This document shows positions 1 to 13,440 of a stretch of DNA of 64,000 nt, piece by piece. The first letter of the stretch is position 1; the number at the start of each line of letters is the position of its first letter. A program made the position numbers and the translations under genes. This DNA comes from Octopus sinensis (lineage: Eukaryota): the NCBI RefSeq assembly GCF_006345805.1, contig NC_043014.1:52018001-52082000 (forward strand), read 5' to 3'. Under the pieces are notes generated by a model. That model did no database searches. It was not told the DNA's origin and saw only the letters and a list, made by a program, of their open reading frames with translations.

Positions 1-104
1 CGGGGTCGATGAAAGAAGTACCAGTTACGCAATGGGGTCGGTGTAATTGACTAGCCCCTTCCCCCAAAATTTCAGGCCTTGTGCCTATATTAGAAAGCAT
101 TATT
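1..104 (+). mobile_element. 3' part of CORE-type tRNA SINE (cut by window edge), followed by (ATT)n tail
   Basis: GGGGTCGAT..AAGTACCAGTT..GGGGTCG..TAATTGAC..GGCCTTGTGCC matches the copies at 1131, 48690 and 50867; (ATT)n tract at ~100-155. Confidence 0.75.
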
Positions 105-156
105 GTTGTTATTATTATCATTATTATTATTAATATTAATATTATTATCATCATTA

Positions 157-292
157 AGATGGTCAACCGACAGAGAAAATAAATACTATCATTTTATCAA
201 TGTTGAGGCTCTGCGTTCAAATTCCGCCGAGGTTTACTTTGCCTTTCATCCTTGAAAGGGTCGAGCACTGAGGTTGATATAATCGATATAAT
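157..292 (+). mobile_element. Degenerate CORE-type SINE
   Basis: B-box-like GCGTTCAAATTCC followed by GCCGAGGT..ACTTTGCCTTTCATCC, the same central block as the other copies. Confidence 0.65.
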
Positions 293-344
293 AGCCCGTC
301 TCTTCTACTTGCTTCAGAACCTTCCCCCGAAGTTATCGCTAACC

Positions 345-1030
345 GTCCATACATTTAATTTGGCCTCTCTTCAATACTAAAAACACCATACTTTTTCAGT
401 CCGAACTCCATTAGGATATCAGCACTGAAATTATACCCCTTATCAACGAAGGAACTTATTTACCATAAAGTTTGAGGTCATTCATGAATATCAAGTGGTT
501 GAGATTTTGTTTGTGGCTCTTAGATATATACTCACCCTGTGCTTTCTCCAGAATCAGCGTTAGTGGTATCATGCACAGTAAAAAGATCAGTGGAGACAGG
601 AAGGCCCCTTGAAGGATGCCTCTCCTGATTTCTATTGTCCCTAAACTTCTTCCATATGCTGTCAGTTCAGTCCTCCACTTTGCCATACTTTTTCCAAGTA
701 ATCGCTCAACATTCGATGCAATACCAAATATGTTCGTACATTCCATAATCCAAGAATGTAGGATCATATCGTTTGCCTTACCATAATCCATCCCTAACAT
801 AGATAAGTTAGTTTCCCGCCTCTTGCAGTCTCTAAGTACAGTTTTGTCTATCAGGAGTTGATCCTTGTTACTTCTGCCTTACTCTTGCACACTTTCTGCT
901 CGTTTGGCAGAACTCCATATTTTACCAAATGTCCATACATTGAGTCTGCGACTATTCCAGTCAATAATTTCCATATAAGTAGCAAGCACGATATCGGCCT
1001 GTAATTGTCTACCATAGTTCCTTTCTCGAT
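345..1030 (-). mobile_element. Decayed reverse-transcriptase fragment of an R4/Dong-like non-LTR retrotransposon
   Basis: Translations NYRPISCLLLIWKLLTGI..LPNEQK, DYGKANDMILHSWI, IRRGILQGAFLSPLIF and NHLIFMNDLKLY (degenerate YMDD) follow RT motif order across frameshifts and stops. Confidence 0.85.
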
Positions 1031-1031
1031 G

Positions 1032-1068
<37 letters not shown>

Positions 1069-1130
1069 GTGTTGCTGTTGTTGTTATTATCATCACCATC
1101 ATTTTCATATTATTATTATTATTATTTATA

Positions 1131-1253
1131 TTCCACTGAGATCGACTTTGTCTTTCATCCCTTTGGGGTCCATTTAATAAGTACCAGTTGAACAATGAGT
1201 GTCGATATAATAGACATACCCATCCCCCGAATATACACGCCTTGATTTCAATG
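1131..1253 (+). mobile_element. 5'-truncated CORE-type SINE interrupted at its tail by the mariner
   Basis: GATCGACTTTGTCTTTCATCCCTTTGGGGTC..TAAGTACCAGTTG..GTCGATATAATAGAC. Confidence 0.7.
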
Positions 1254-1255
1254 TA

Positions 1256-1804
1256 TTGGGTTGTCCGGAAAGTGTGTGCCAATTTTTAAAGGAAAGAAAA
1301 AGGTCAATAAATACTAGCCTTTACATTTTTAATCAACCAAATATGAACCATGTTGTTGCACAATGCGTCTCCATCTTTCCTTTAACATGAAAATACCTTC
1401 TTCCCAGAACTGAGGTGGTTTCATGGCAAAGAATTCATCAATGTATCTTTTTACGTCATCCAAGGAATTGAAATTTTTACCATTAAGACTATTCTGCAGG
1501 GACCTGAATAAGTGGGAATCCGAAGGATGGAGGGTGGGGTAACACATCCCAGCCGAGCTGCAGCAATTTTTGTCTGGTTCCCAAAGCATCAGGTGCTGAA
1601 AATGAACATTCTTATCTTCCAATTTAAAGGGTTGCAGAATTAACACAGGTTATAGGAATATAAACTTTCTTCCACGAAAAGATAGCTTTAACTGTGCTCT
1701 AAATGGAGGTGTAGTTAAATCCTATTTTATGGATTCAGCCATGTTCTAAGTTAAGTCGAAATGTAAGCTACTATAAATCGGTACGAATTCTCCGGACAAC
1801 CCAA
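1256..1804 (-). mobile_element. Internally deleted Tc1/mariner (mariner-type) DNA transposon with both TIRs and TA target duplication
   Basis: TA|TTGGGTTGTCCGGA.. at the left end and ..TCCGGACAACCCAA|TA at the right end. The minus strand encodes a mariner transposase C-terminus (PSDSHLFRSLQNSL..KPPQFWEEGIFMLKERWRRIVQQHGSY). Confidence 0.92.
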
Positions 1805-2841
1805 TAGAATCATTTACGGATCATAACGTATGCTAATATGTGCCATTCCTTCTTGTTTGTTAAGTATTAGAATGCAATTTGAACAAGATTTGGTTGTTAA
1901 TCGTACTGGACTGAAGGAAAAATCATAAAGACCGCCTCCGTCAGTTTGTGATGGCTTTTGGCTACGCTTAAGGTCGCCTTTTAGCAATCTGCTTTCAAAT
2001 TGCTAATATCGAGATATTGTATTGCATATATCTAGCGAGACAAAAATTGACATATTGCATTGTGAACATAATAGACAATATTATTGGCATCAATTTACCC
2101 TCTTCATGGGAATAAAATAACTTACAGTAATGTTTTAGCGTTGGTTTAATGGTCCATGTGTTTTCTTTAGAATTGAGCATCTCACTTCGGTAAAATAAAT
2201 TAATATTATTGGCATATCAGGTGAAGACTCGCTTTAAAATATGTCCAGCTGCCAAAACTCAAAAGTCAGTTGGTCTTAACACTGTCAACGGCCATCGCCT
2301 TTGCCAATATCATATATTAGCATTAAAAGTGTTTTTTTTCGTTATTGTTGTTTCTGAGAATTTATTCATCTACATCAAGTGTAGCATGATACAAAATAAT
2401 TCTATTAAACAGGAAATTAACTTTGTGGCTCTGTAATGATGAATTGAATAAATGTTTTGGCAATCAACGTACAAGAGGCAATGGCGAACCTAAATCGAAA
2501 AACATACCCTCTTATATGTGTGTTGAGTTCATGCAATTATCTCTCTACCTACCTAACTTTTTAATCTTTATATGTGTGTCTGTGTGTCATTCAGCCGGCC
2601 TATATGTGTATATGTCTGTCTGTTTGTCTTGCCATTCTTTAACCAGAATTGTATTGACAGCGGCTTCGAAGCTTGTGTTAAAGAATAATAAATTTGTACT
2701 CTACTAAATATACTGAGTAATCTTTTGGGTTAACGTAAGAATTGTTTTATTAGAACACAAACACAAACTCTCTCCCTCCTTCTCTCACTATCTCTTTCTC
2801 TATCCCTTTCTTCAATCTCTCTCTCTCTCTCTCTCATTCTC

Positions 2842-2884
<43 letters not shown>

Positions 2885-3294
2885 TATATATATACATATA
2901 TATAATATCTTCCCTTGCATTTCAGTTGTTCTGTCAAGGTAATTAACAACGTCGTATAATCAACAATGTAACTACGAATTACGCTACATGTGGACGTGTG
3001 TAGCCTTAAAATAATTCGCATTTCAAGTTGCTTTGACGATGTACGGGTTAATATGGACGCTAGAATTTCAAATATTCAGACTGTGAGCCTCTATTCAATT
3101 TCAAACCAAAGTACATGTTGAACCAAGAAGAACGTTAATGGCTTGGCTCCAACAACTTGTGTCTGCAATGCTTTAATTTACATATTTATATGTTAATACA
3201 GCCACCAGAAGAATTAGACAGATTTTGATTTCCCCCATCTTTGACAAACAGAAACACCTCCGAAGTAGTGTTTGGAGGGATAGAGAGCTACGAA

Positions 3295-3482
3295 GCTGGT
3301 ACTGATGTCTTTTATCTTTTAGTTGTTTCAGTTGTTGGATTTGAGGTTTTAGTGGAAGAAATCAACACCAGTCCCTTTTTTCTTAATCCTGGTACTCGTT
3401 TTACCCTTCCGATTTTGCCGGACTGCTAAGTTACGGGAGCTCAATGAAACGAAAACCTGTTGTCAAATGGTGGTGGCGTTGG

Positions 3483-3521
<39 letters not shown>

Positions 3522-3615
3522 TACAAAAACACGCACACGAAGGCATTGGTCATTCCGGGATTTTTAGTTGAAAAGGCCCAAGATGCCATGCAGTGGGACT
3601 GAATCCAGAACCATG
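3295..3615 (-). mobile_element. Old, diverged copy of the microsatellite-containing tRNA SINE
   Basis: Residual blocks CTGCTAAGTTACGGG, (CA)n, AAGGCATTGGTC and CCAAGATGCCATGCAGTGGGACTGAA. Confidence 0.55.
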
Positions 3616-4975
3616 TTGATGGGTAGCAGACGTCAACCATTAAATGAAGAGCGTTGGCCATGGATAAAAATCTCTTCCAGTCCAAAAACAGAAAACAAAA
3701 CGTTAGGCTTTCTAGGCGAACACAGTATCCTCTGGAACATGGGCTTTCATTCAAGCAGAGAACGAACTGAGATAAAATTAATATTAAAATGTATGACTAA
3801 AAACAAAAGGAGATGGCCATGGTGGAAATTTAATTATTGGTTTCATGAATTCAGTTGCAGTTGGCGACACGGAGCTTCCATACATCAACATCAACAGCAA
3901 TACATGAAAAGGTCAGATGAAACAAAGCCATGATCAGTGAACAAGAAAACGTCTGTAACGAAAGACAGAGAGCTATGAGTAACAAAAACAATATTTCGAT
4001 CTTATTGGTGTCAAAAAAAATTAGCTAAGTTCATTCTTTCATCAGTGTACGCAAAGCATGGCGAGAGAGCACAGTGAGATATTTGAAAGAACAAACGTCG
4101 ATTAGGATGAAAGCGAAAAAAGACGGTTCTTCACTAATGCACAATGCTATATGTGTGTGAGTGTGTGTGCCACAGAACGTGTATGTGTGTATGTATATAC
4201 ATGTACGAATATATATATATATATATATAATAAAACTTTATATATAAAGAACGTGAAATTCACGAATTGACGAACACGGAAAACAGACAGTCATTCAGAG
4301 CCTTCATTCTTCAGTCAGAAACCGATTCATCATGGCAAATTTCGGCTGTTTAAAGGAAAAGCTAAGCTATGGGCATTATATTTCCTTGGTAGAAGGAAAG
4401 AATGTGACAACAGAGACGAATAGGAAAACAAGAGACGAAGATAAAATTGGAAAGAGTAACGAATAAAAACAGAGACAAAATGGGACAAAAACTATTGATC
4501 AGCATATAACATGGACACACACACACAAACACAAATATGTGTGCGTGTGTATATATATATATATACATATATATATACATATAAGATTAAATAATAAGGG
4601 TAGAAATTGATATTAATCAAATTAAAACTAGTGACTTTGCATATTTAAAAAATCCGAAGATTTTATAAATAAATATATATATATATAGATAGATATATAT
4701 ATGATGTACATATATACTTCTAAACTGGTATTGAGCTAAATATAAAATACTACTTTTACAGCTTACTATACACAGCAATTGGTAACTGTAGATGAGTAAC
4801 TTAATCATAAACATTAGTTTCACGGGATGTAATGTGGAGATCTTATTCTATAATTCAAACTCTGTGTGTGTCTGTGAATATGTATTTGCGTGTGTGTTAG
4901 CGCTTATGTGTATTCGTATATGCGTTTATCTCTTCACGTTTTCTACACAGCAGGCTGGCTGTCTACGTCTTTGTC

Positions 4976-5047
4976 GCTTAACTTGACAATCAGCCAGTCA
5001 GACCCGGAACGCTTAACTTGACAATCAGCCAGTCATGACCCGGAACT
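4976..5047. repeat. Tandem duplication of a ~35 bp unit
   Basis: CGCTTAACTTGACAATCAGCCAGTCA(T)GACCCGGAA occurs twice in succession. Confidence 0.85.
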
Positions 5048-5243
5048 GACTAACTCCCTGTGGCTATTGGTATTTTCATTATTATTATTACTTTTGTTGT
5101 TAAATTGTGTTTGTTATGTTTTTTATTTTGTAGTTTTTGGTTTGTTTTAGTCGTACTTGGGTTTGGTAGGCGTGACCTAGAACATGTAAGGTCACTTTTA
5201 TTTTCTATTTCTGGTTTCGTTGTGGGACTGGTGAGGTTTTACC

Positions 5244-5621
5244 CTTTTACTTGTTTCACTCATTTGACTGCGGCCATGCTGGAGCACCGCCTTTAGTCGA
5301 AGAAACCGGCCCCAGGACTTATTCTTTGTAAGCCTAGTACTAATTCTATCGGTCTCTTTGCCGAACCGCTAAGTTACAGAGACGTAAACACACCAGCATC
5401 GGTTGTCAAGCGATGTTGGTGGAAAACACCACACATATATATATATATACATATATACGACGGGCTTCTTTCAGTTTTCGTCTACCAAATCTACTCACAA
5501 GGCTTTGGTCGGCCTGGGGCTATAGCAGAAGACACTTGCCCAAGGTGCCACGCAGTGGGACTGAACCCGGAACCATGTGGTTGGTAAGCAAGCTACTTAC
5601 CACACAGCCACTCCTGCACCT
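5244..5621 (-). mobile_element. tRNA-derived SINE with internal (TA)n/(TG)n tract (family 1)
   Basis: Minus strand starts AGGTGCAGGAGTGGCTGTGTGG (A box), has GGTTCAGTCCC (B box) and ends GAAACAAGTAAAAG; near-identical to 8 other copies in the window. Confidence 0.9.
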
Positions 5622-6473
5622 ATATAAAAATTATGAGGTCTCACCGAGGCATTGTTGATAATTTGCATAACGGCCATAGTATTATTTATTGCCTAACACT
5701 GATGAGTTGCTATGCAATATTCCGCAACTTTTATGCAATTATTTATTAATTGTGTCGGTAATTTAACGAAAAGCGTGTATATTCTGTAAAACATTCACAT
5801 GCATATCAGTTTCCTGGATTTTATGCACACACGCATACACATGTGTGTGAGTTAATTCTAATAGTATTATAAATTCATCCTATTTTGTTTGGAGCTAATT
5901 CTGTCTCTAAAGTTACGAAATCAACTAGTTATTACATTAACATTATCTTTAACAATTGCCTAAAAAGAGCACAATACAAACGTTAACTAGAAATTCTATG
6001 ATGCATATACCTAAAACCGTTTTTGATTGATACGTATACTGGCTTTAACCTGCTGTCAAATCGCACAGTATATTATTACTAAAGGAGTCCTTCGACACGT
6101 AGCCATAGTTTTAGACATTCTTTTCACCATCGCCAGTATAAACTTCACCAACATCCCAGCAACACAAATAATTGCCTATGTATTACACCGCCTTCGTTCG
6201 ATCTCCTCTCAAATTAACGTATTCACTTGCCTCTTTTACGGCTTTTTCTCTGTTATATAATTATATAATTAAATTTGTTTTGATGAATGTTTAAACTATA
6301 TTATTTTTCTTTTTTTTTTCTTTTCATTTTATATTTCCTCTCTCGTCCGTTTCAATTAATTTTCGGAAATTTAATATTTTGACAGTTTTTTTTGTCAATA
6401 TATTTGAGGTTATAGTGTTGAAGCCGTGATTTTTATACGTGTCAAATCGATATCCGAACACCAATACATACAT

Positions 6474-6504
<31 letters not shown>

Positions 6505-7542
6505 ATTAATGGCTTGCAATAAGTTTTTTGTTTTTAATTTCCGTTCTGTATCAAATGTTATACGTACACTTTCATGCCCTTAACATTGTTATGGTGATAT
6601 AGTTCTTGACATAAAAAAAAAATAATCAATTGTATTATTTATTTCCTTCAGAGATTCCTCATGAAAAATTTGCCATAATTTTCTCGAAAATCATCTTACA
6701 TTCTAGACACATAAATTAATGATCTCTTGCACATTTTCTCAATCCATTTCTTTATTAGCCACGTTAACATTTGCAGCAAATAAGGGGCTCATAGACAACG
6801 TATAACTAGTGAAAATTCTAAGAGGCTCTAACTAGACACGTTAGCTGATATACCTGGGTGCAGAAACCTAGATCGCTGAACTATTATAACCAATTATCCC
6901 AAAATATATTTCTTTACGCTGACGTTGCTCCATAGATGTGAAAGGAAGAAAATCATAGGTTGTTTGAATTGAAAAGGCTTGAATCTCTTTATATGGAGAA
7001 TAAAATTATAAATATAAAAGATATAACACAAATGCGAAAACAAAGCAAATTAATATCCTCATCATGAAGCAAAAAGATTTCTCTAGCAACTTTTTCACTT
7101 CATTTTGGAAAAAATGATGTATCATTTTAGTTATAATTGTATGAATATTGGGGCAATTTGATGCCATAGCAATTTGGATAGAGCCTTCGGGGTCCGAACG
7201 ATTCGTCTGCTTTCTTTTTATGCTCATTAGAGTGGAAAATCCTCATTTGCTAAGGTAGGTTGTTACAAAAGACAGCAACATTTTGACTGCCTCCTAATGC
7301 CAAAAGGAAAAAATTATGTTGTAACAAGGAACACATTTTTTATGTAATTTTATTTATTTCTAAGAATACCTCGTCGACACCAAGAATTTCAGTTTTAGGT
7401 ATTTCAATCTGTTCATAGCTTTACGTTTCAAGTTTCTAAGTCAACTCCTAACGACTTTCTTAAAATGGCGTTTGGGTGTGATTTCATTGTGTAAATTCTT
7501 GTGGAGAATCTTTTTATCGAAGTATGGGATGTTAACACATAG

Positions 7543-7914
7543 AGGCGCAGGAGTGGTTGTGTGGTAAGTAGCTTGCTAACCTGGTTCCGGGTTCAGTCCC
7601 ACTGCGTGGCACCTTGGGCAACTGTCTTCTGCTATAACCCCGGACCGACCAATGCCATGTGAGTGGATTTGGTAGACGGAAACTGAAAGAAGCCTGTCGT
7701 ATATATGTATATGTATATGTGTGTGTGTGTGTTTGTGTGTCTGTGTTTGTCACCGATGCTGGTGTGTTTACGTCCCCGTCACCTAGCGGTTCGGCAAAGA
7801 GACCGATAGAATAAGTACTGGGCTTACAAAGAATAAGTCCCGGGGTCGATTTGCTCGACTAAAGGCGGTGCTCCAGTATGGCCGCAGTCGAATTACTGAA
7901 ACAAGTAAAAGAGT
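7543..7914 (+). mobile_element. Family 1 SINE
   Basis: AGGCGCAGGAGTGGTTGTGTGG..GGTTCAGTCCC..ACTGAAACAAGTAAAAGAGT. Confidence 0.9.
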
Positions 7915-8401
7915 ATTTCATCCTTTTCTCTAAAATTCTGTGTGTGTTTTTGCGTGCTTGTCTGTGAGTGAGCGCGCGCATACGGTCTTATATTTGTGTT
8001 TATAGTTATACCATTCCTATATGTGTATGCATGTGTGCGTGCGCACGTGTATATTGTTCAAAATTACACTAGAACATGAAACAAAAAGCTTATTAGCTTG
8101 GCGCTCAGGAAGATGGAAGGGTTTTGAAGTTTCGAGCCTACGCTTTTCTACAGCAAGGAACTAGGATAATTATAGTTCTATTTCATTACAGATTCTATGA
8201 TAATATCTGAGGATATATATGGAAAGTTTTGTAACATATAAATGTATAACGGAACATATTTAGACAAAGGTATTTCATACAGTTCTTTGATTTTGAGGTA
8301 ACTTACAGGCATTGATGTTTCCATTAAACTATGTTTATGTGTGTGCAATTAGTTTTTTACCTGCAACTAGACTTGCATATGTATGTACGAAATCTACCAA
8401 T

Positions 8402-8793
8402 CTGTGTGATAGGTAGCTTGCTTACGAACCACATGGTTCCAGGTTCAGTCCCACTGCATGGCACCTTGGGCAAGTGACTTCTACTATAGCCTCGGGCTGA
8501 CCAAAGCCTTGTAAGTTGATTTGATAGACGGAAACTGAAAGAATCCCGTCGTATATATGTATGTGTGTGTGTGTGTATGTGATTATGTGTCTGTGTTTGT
8601 CCCCACAACATTGCTTGACAACCGATGCTGATGTGTTTACGCCCCTGTAACTTAGCGGTTCGGCAAAAGTGACCGATAGAATAATCACTAGGCTTACAAA
8701 GAATAAGTCCTGGGTGTAGATTTGCTCAACTAAAGGCGGTGCTCCAGCATGACCACACTCAAATGACTGAAGCGGGTAAAAGAGTGAAAGAGT
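8402..8793 (+). mobile_element. Family 1 SINE (5' end eroded)
   Basis: Collinear with the 7543-7914 copy from the B box to the GTAAAAGAGT tail. Confidence 0.88.
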
Positions 8794-9274
8794 ATATATA
8801 TATCCCTAAGCATTACTCTTCAGATTTCGGTGACATTTCTCCCAGAATATTCGTAGAGATATACTTTGAAACGATACCGCTGTAGTTAAACCGGACTTCG
8901 TTAATTTCCTATCCTCAGATAGAATAACAGATAACATGTAGCATTTCACATCGTACAACGTTTCTTTTAACTTATGAAGCAATACCTGGAACAACATCAA
9001 TAATGTAGCATGCTATGGAAAAGAGCTAAATTTATTCAAAGATGATGAAGAAAGAAAAAAAAAAGAAAAACAGGATAAAAAAGATGGTGAACGCCCATTT
9101 ATCAGAAGAAAAACACATAATCAAAATCCATCAATTATCGATACATTATTCAGCGATTAACATCTCATTCAATTCCCGTTAAACCCCGATTCTATATTTA
9201 AAACGCATTCAATATTTTATGCATTAAAACTTTTATCAATTCTTAATGCGAATCAGGTTTTGCTGATGTAGTTA

Positions 9275-9626
9275 CACATGCATACATATGTATATGGATA
9301 TATGTGTGTGTATGTGTGTGAGTGCGTGTATGTGTGTGTGTGTGTGTATATATATATATCTATGTGTATGTATGTATATATCTATGAATGTATGTATGCA
9401 CGTATATATATATATATACCTACATAGATACATAGGAATTTGTGTATACACACATTCATATATATATATATATATGCTTACATAGATATATTTGAATGTA
9501 TGTATGTATACATATATATAATACATATAGATATAATTAATATACTATGAATGTATGTATGCACGTATATATATATATATATAATATACCTACATAGATA
9601 CTAGGAATTTGTGTATACACACATTC

Positions 9627-9663
<37 letters not shown>

Positions 9664-9713
9664 ATATAATATACCTACCTACATAGATACTTAGGAACTT
9701 GTGTATACACACA

Positions 9714-9768
<55 letters not shown>

Positions 9769-9995
9769 CATATATATATTTGAATGTATGTGTGTATACA
9801 CATATATAATACATATACATATAATTAATATACTATGAATGTAAGTATGCACGTATATATATATATATATATGTATACCTACATAGATATATATGAATGT
9901 GTGTATACACACATTCATATATATATATGACTGTGTCTATACTCTTATATAATACATATATATATATAATTAATATATTATATAATACATGTTTG
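9275..9995. repeat. Compound TA/TG microsatellite with recurring higher-order units
   Basis: CCTACATAGATAC.TAGGAA.TTGTGTATACACACATTCA recurs 3 times plus one partial copy among (TA)n tracts. Confidence 0.85.
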
Positions 9996-11625
9996 CAGAT
10001 ATATTACCCTTTACCCTCTATATCTGAGTGTGTGCCTGTGTGTGTCTATGTGTGTTTATGTATTGTATGTGTAGTTCATTATATTCACTTCATAGATTCG
10101 TTGACTTTTTATATATTTGAGGCGCGACAGGAGTGCACCGTCTGTAAATATTTTGTTTCATTCGATAAATTGCTGTGTTCCACATTTTTGCTTTCTTCAA
10201 CTCGTAATGAAAAGGTTTTAGCACATCACGAAGTAATTAACCATCGTTTCATTACGAAGTTTAGTAAGCCTTTAACCCAAGAGGTATTAAAATGATCTAT
10301 TAGTCAAAGTTATTCATTAATTATTTCGCACAAGTTTTGCAGAACTTTTACATTAGTAAACTTTTGCGCTCCCCGACGTAGTTATGAATAGCAGAAAGAC
10401 ATTTTATATTAACGAAACGAGTTAGCTTGCTTATTAGAAACGGCTAATAAGAAGGCTGAAACCTGCATTAATTATCTGACCTGTGTAAAATCTTCACTTT
10501 ATTCTCTGGTCTATCACTAAAACCATCATAGATCCGATGATTCTTTGTTTTATTCCTCATTAGAATTAATATCGTTCTAACGGGTAATATGTGCCTTAGC
10601 AATAATTAAATAACATGGTTGAATTAACGATAATTCTACATTAGACATTGGAGAAATAAGCGTAGGAATTGGAACGGTAAGCGTTGTAGTATAGGAAATA
10701 ACATACCTTATGCCTTCTAATCTAAATTAGACGCAGTTCAGTTTGTAACTACGCAATTATCTCCAGTCTCTCGCTCTGGAGATAATTCTTCTATTTTGCA
10801 CTTTAAATAGTGATGTCGAGATAGCGATCGTTTTGGAATTAGTGAATTCTTGTAATCCCAATTGGTAATCAAGTATTGGTAGGAAAGAGCGTTAATTTTG
10901 TGTCTCATTATATAAAATAGACTTCTACGCTGCACATTCCCTATGGGAGGATTTAGGCGCAGTGAAATACTCAATTAATGGTGCAACTGGAGTTCATAGT
11001 TGCCATCATTTAAAAGTGTGAACAGCATTCTTAAGGCCTAAACTAAGTAAATATTATATGGCGGTGCGTTTAGGAATCTCGCATACGAACCACGTCGTTA
11101 CCGGTGCAGTTCCAGTCCCTCCCTCAAATATGTATAGTTGTTAAACACTACACAACCAAATAAGATGTTATCGCGGACAAATACTGCACAATGTTCAAGA
11201 CAAATACTTAACAAAGTTCAAATACTGTTACAGTTGCGTAACACGGATATTTTGGAGCGGAGTACCAACGCTTACATATGACATGTTTCAACAATTGTAA
11301 AACCATTTTGCATAAAACTATTGCATGCTTTATTAACAAACACATAACGAATATATTTCGCCGAACACCCATTCTCACTATTCATTCCTATTCGATATTA
11401 GTGTGTGTATATATATAAATATATATATATATATTCTTTTATCTCTACTTATTTTTGTCTCTGTCTGTTTACTTCTGCCATGGTGGGGTACCGACTCAAG
11501 AGCTATTAGTCGAACAAATAGAGCCTACACAAAGTTGTTTAAACGCTTTATAACAGGGACGCAAAGGAACCAACATCTGTGTTTAAGACGATGGGAGACA
11601 GAAATAAATATATACAGGTTACACG

Positions 11626-11686
<61 letters not shown>

Positions 11687-12479
11687 CTATTAGTGTATTT
11701 TATTCTTTCATATGTTTCAGCCCCTAAGGCTGTGAGAATTGCTGTAGCTCCACCGGTTTCTATGTACCATATCCATTCACACACATTGTATATGTATTAA
11801 TACTTAGTCAATGGATATTTGCATGAAATCAATTTTATTAACACATAATTAATTCTAAAGACTCACTTTATTTTAATTCATTAATACCTTTCCAAACACT
11901 CTAATAAATTAATAATTTTGATACCATTTCTTCACTCTAACCATTGGATGGCAGAACCATTTCCAAGTCTCCTGTCATGTGCTTTATAATGATAATTGCC
12001 GTTAAAGACTCTTTCAGTGTGAAATAATGATCTATATGTGTTTCACAGGAACACGATTACATCTTTCGGTTGTCCTCTTTCCGAACAGATCTGTAGTTGT
12101 ATCTAAATTATTCAAATCTCATGTATATATATTCAATTGCCTTTTCAAGCCTCTATTCATACGATCAACAATAAACACCATTAAGAAGTTCCTAATGAAT
12201 TATAAATGAAATTTAAATGACGTTTATTGTTCCTATGCTAAATCAAATGGAATCTTTCGCCAATGTCTCGAACTTACTGATTCGTTTGTGCATCAGTTCG
12301 ACTATGTTCCAATAAAACTTTGCTTTGCTAAATATTTGGTGTTGTATTTAGTTATATAAAGTGGTTTACGTTGCTGACAGGTTTATTGTGAAATTCGACG
12401 TGTTCTGTGACAGTTTAGATAATGGCTTTGTCTCTGCACTCTATCTTCCTGGTGAACTCTCCTCTTCCGGATAAACTTC

Positions 12480-12480
<1 letters not shown>

Positions 12481-12541
<61 letters not shown>

Positions 12542-12646
12542 CATACATACAAAGAGAGAGAGAGAGAGACAGAGAGATGTGCATATAGAAATATATACAT
12601 ATGTACTCAAATATATTTGCACGAATTTACATGCTATACATATGTA

Positions 12647-12678
<32 letters not shown>

Positions 12679-12953
12679 GTACATTTATGTATAGATATAT
12701 ATCTATATATATATGTATATATATACGCATATGCATATATTTATATATGTATGTATATATATATATACATATATACATGTATGTATATATATATACATCT
12801 ATACATGTATGTATATATATATATATACATGTATGCATATATATATATATACATGTATGTATATATATATACACGTATGTATATAAAAGTATATATATAT
12901 GTATGTATATAAAAGTATATATATACATATATATATATATGTATATATACGTG

Positions 12954-12987
<34 letters not shown>

Positions 12988-13035
12988 TACAGACACATAC
13001 ATACATACAAACATACATACATACATATATACGTA
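12481..13035. repeat. Compound (CA)n/(TA)n/(GA)n/(TACA)n microsatellite
   Basis: Directly visible low-complexity tract. Confidence 0.9.
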
Positions 13036-13440
13036 TGAGTCAATCATTTCCGATTTCAGTAAAGTGTGATTAATGAATATAAATTCGTATATATATGTAA
13101 AAGTAATTAATGCGAAGTCATAAGATTTCTGACTATGTATGCGTATTCTTTTGTTTTGCCGCCATCATTGGAGTGCTGTCAGGTTTAGGGTCAGAGATAC
13201 AAATAGTTCATGATGTTAAGCTCCATTTTAGGTACGACGCCCTCAAACCTCGTAAATTTACGCAAGCGAAGCACTTAAAATAATTAAAATTATTTCGATG
13301 GATATTCAGCCATAAATTATAGAATAGTTTGTTCTTCTTTATTGTGTAATTAGAGGTCAGACTTTCTTCAGTAGAACTATGATTAAATTATTCTAACGAT
13401 CTTCTATGTAAGATCGAAACGTAAATGTATATATATATAC

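Noticed and set aside
3568-3933. 121 aa ORF
   Set aside because: It starts within a SINE remnant and has no recognisable domain or supporting exon structure.
5413-5658. Recurrent peptide ..RGYSRRHLPKVPRSGTEPGTMWL.. in many ORFs
   Set aside because: It is the antisense translation of the family 1 SINE, not a gene family.
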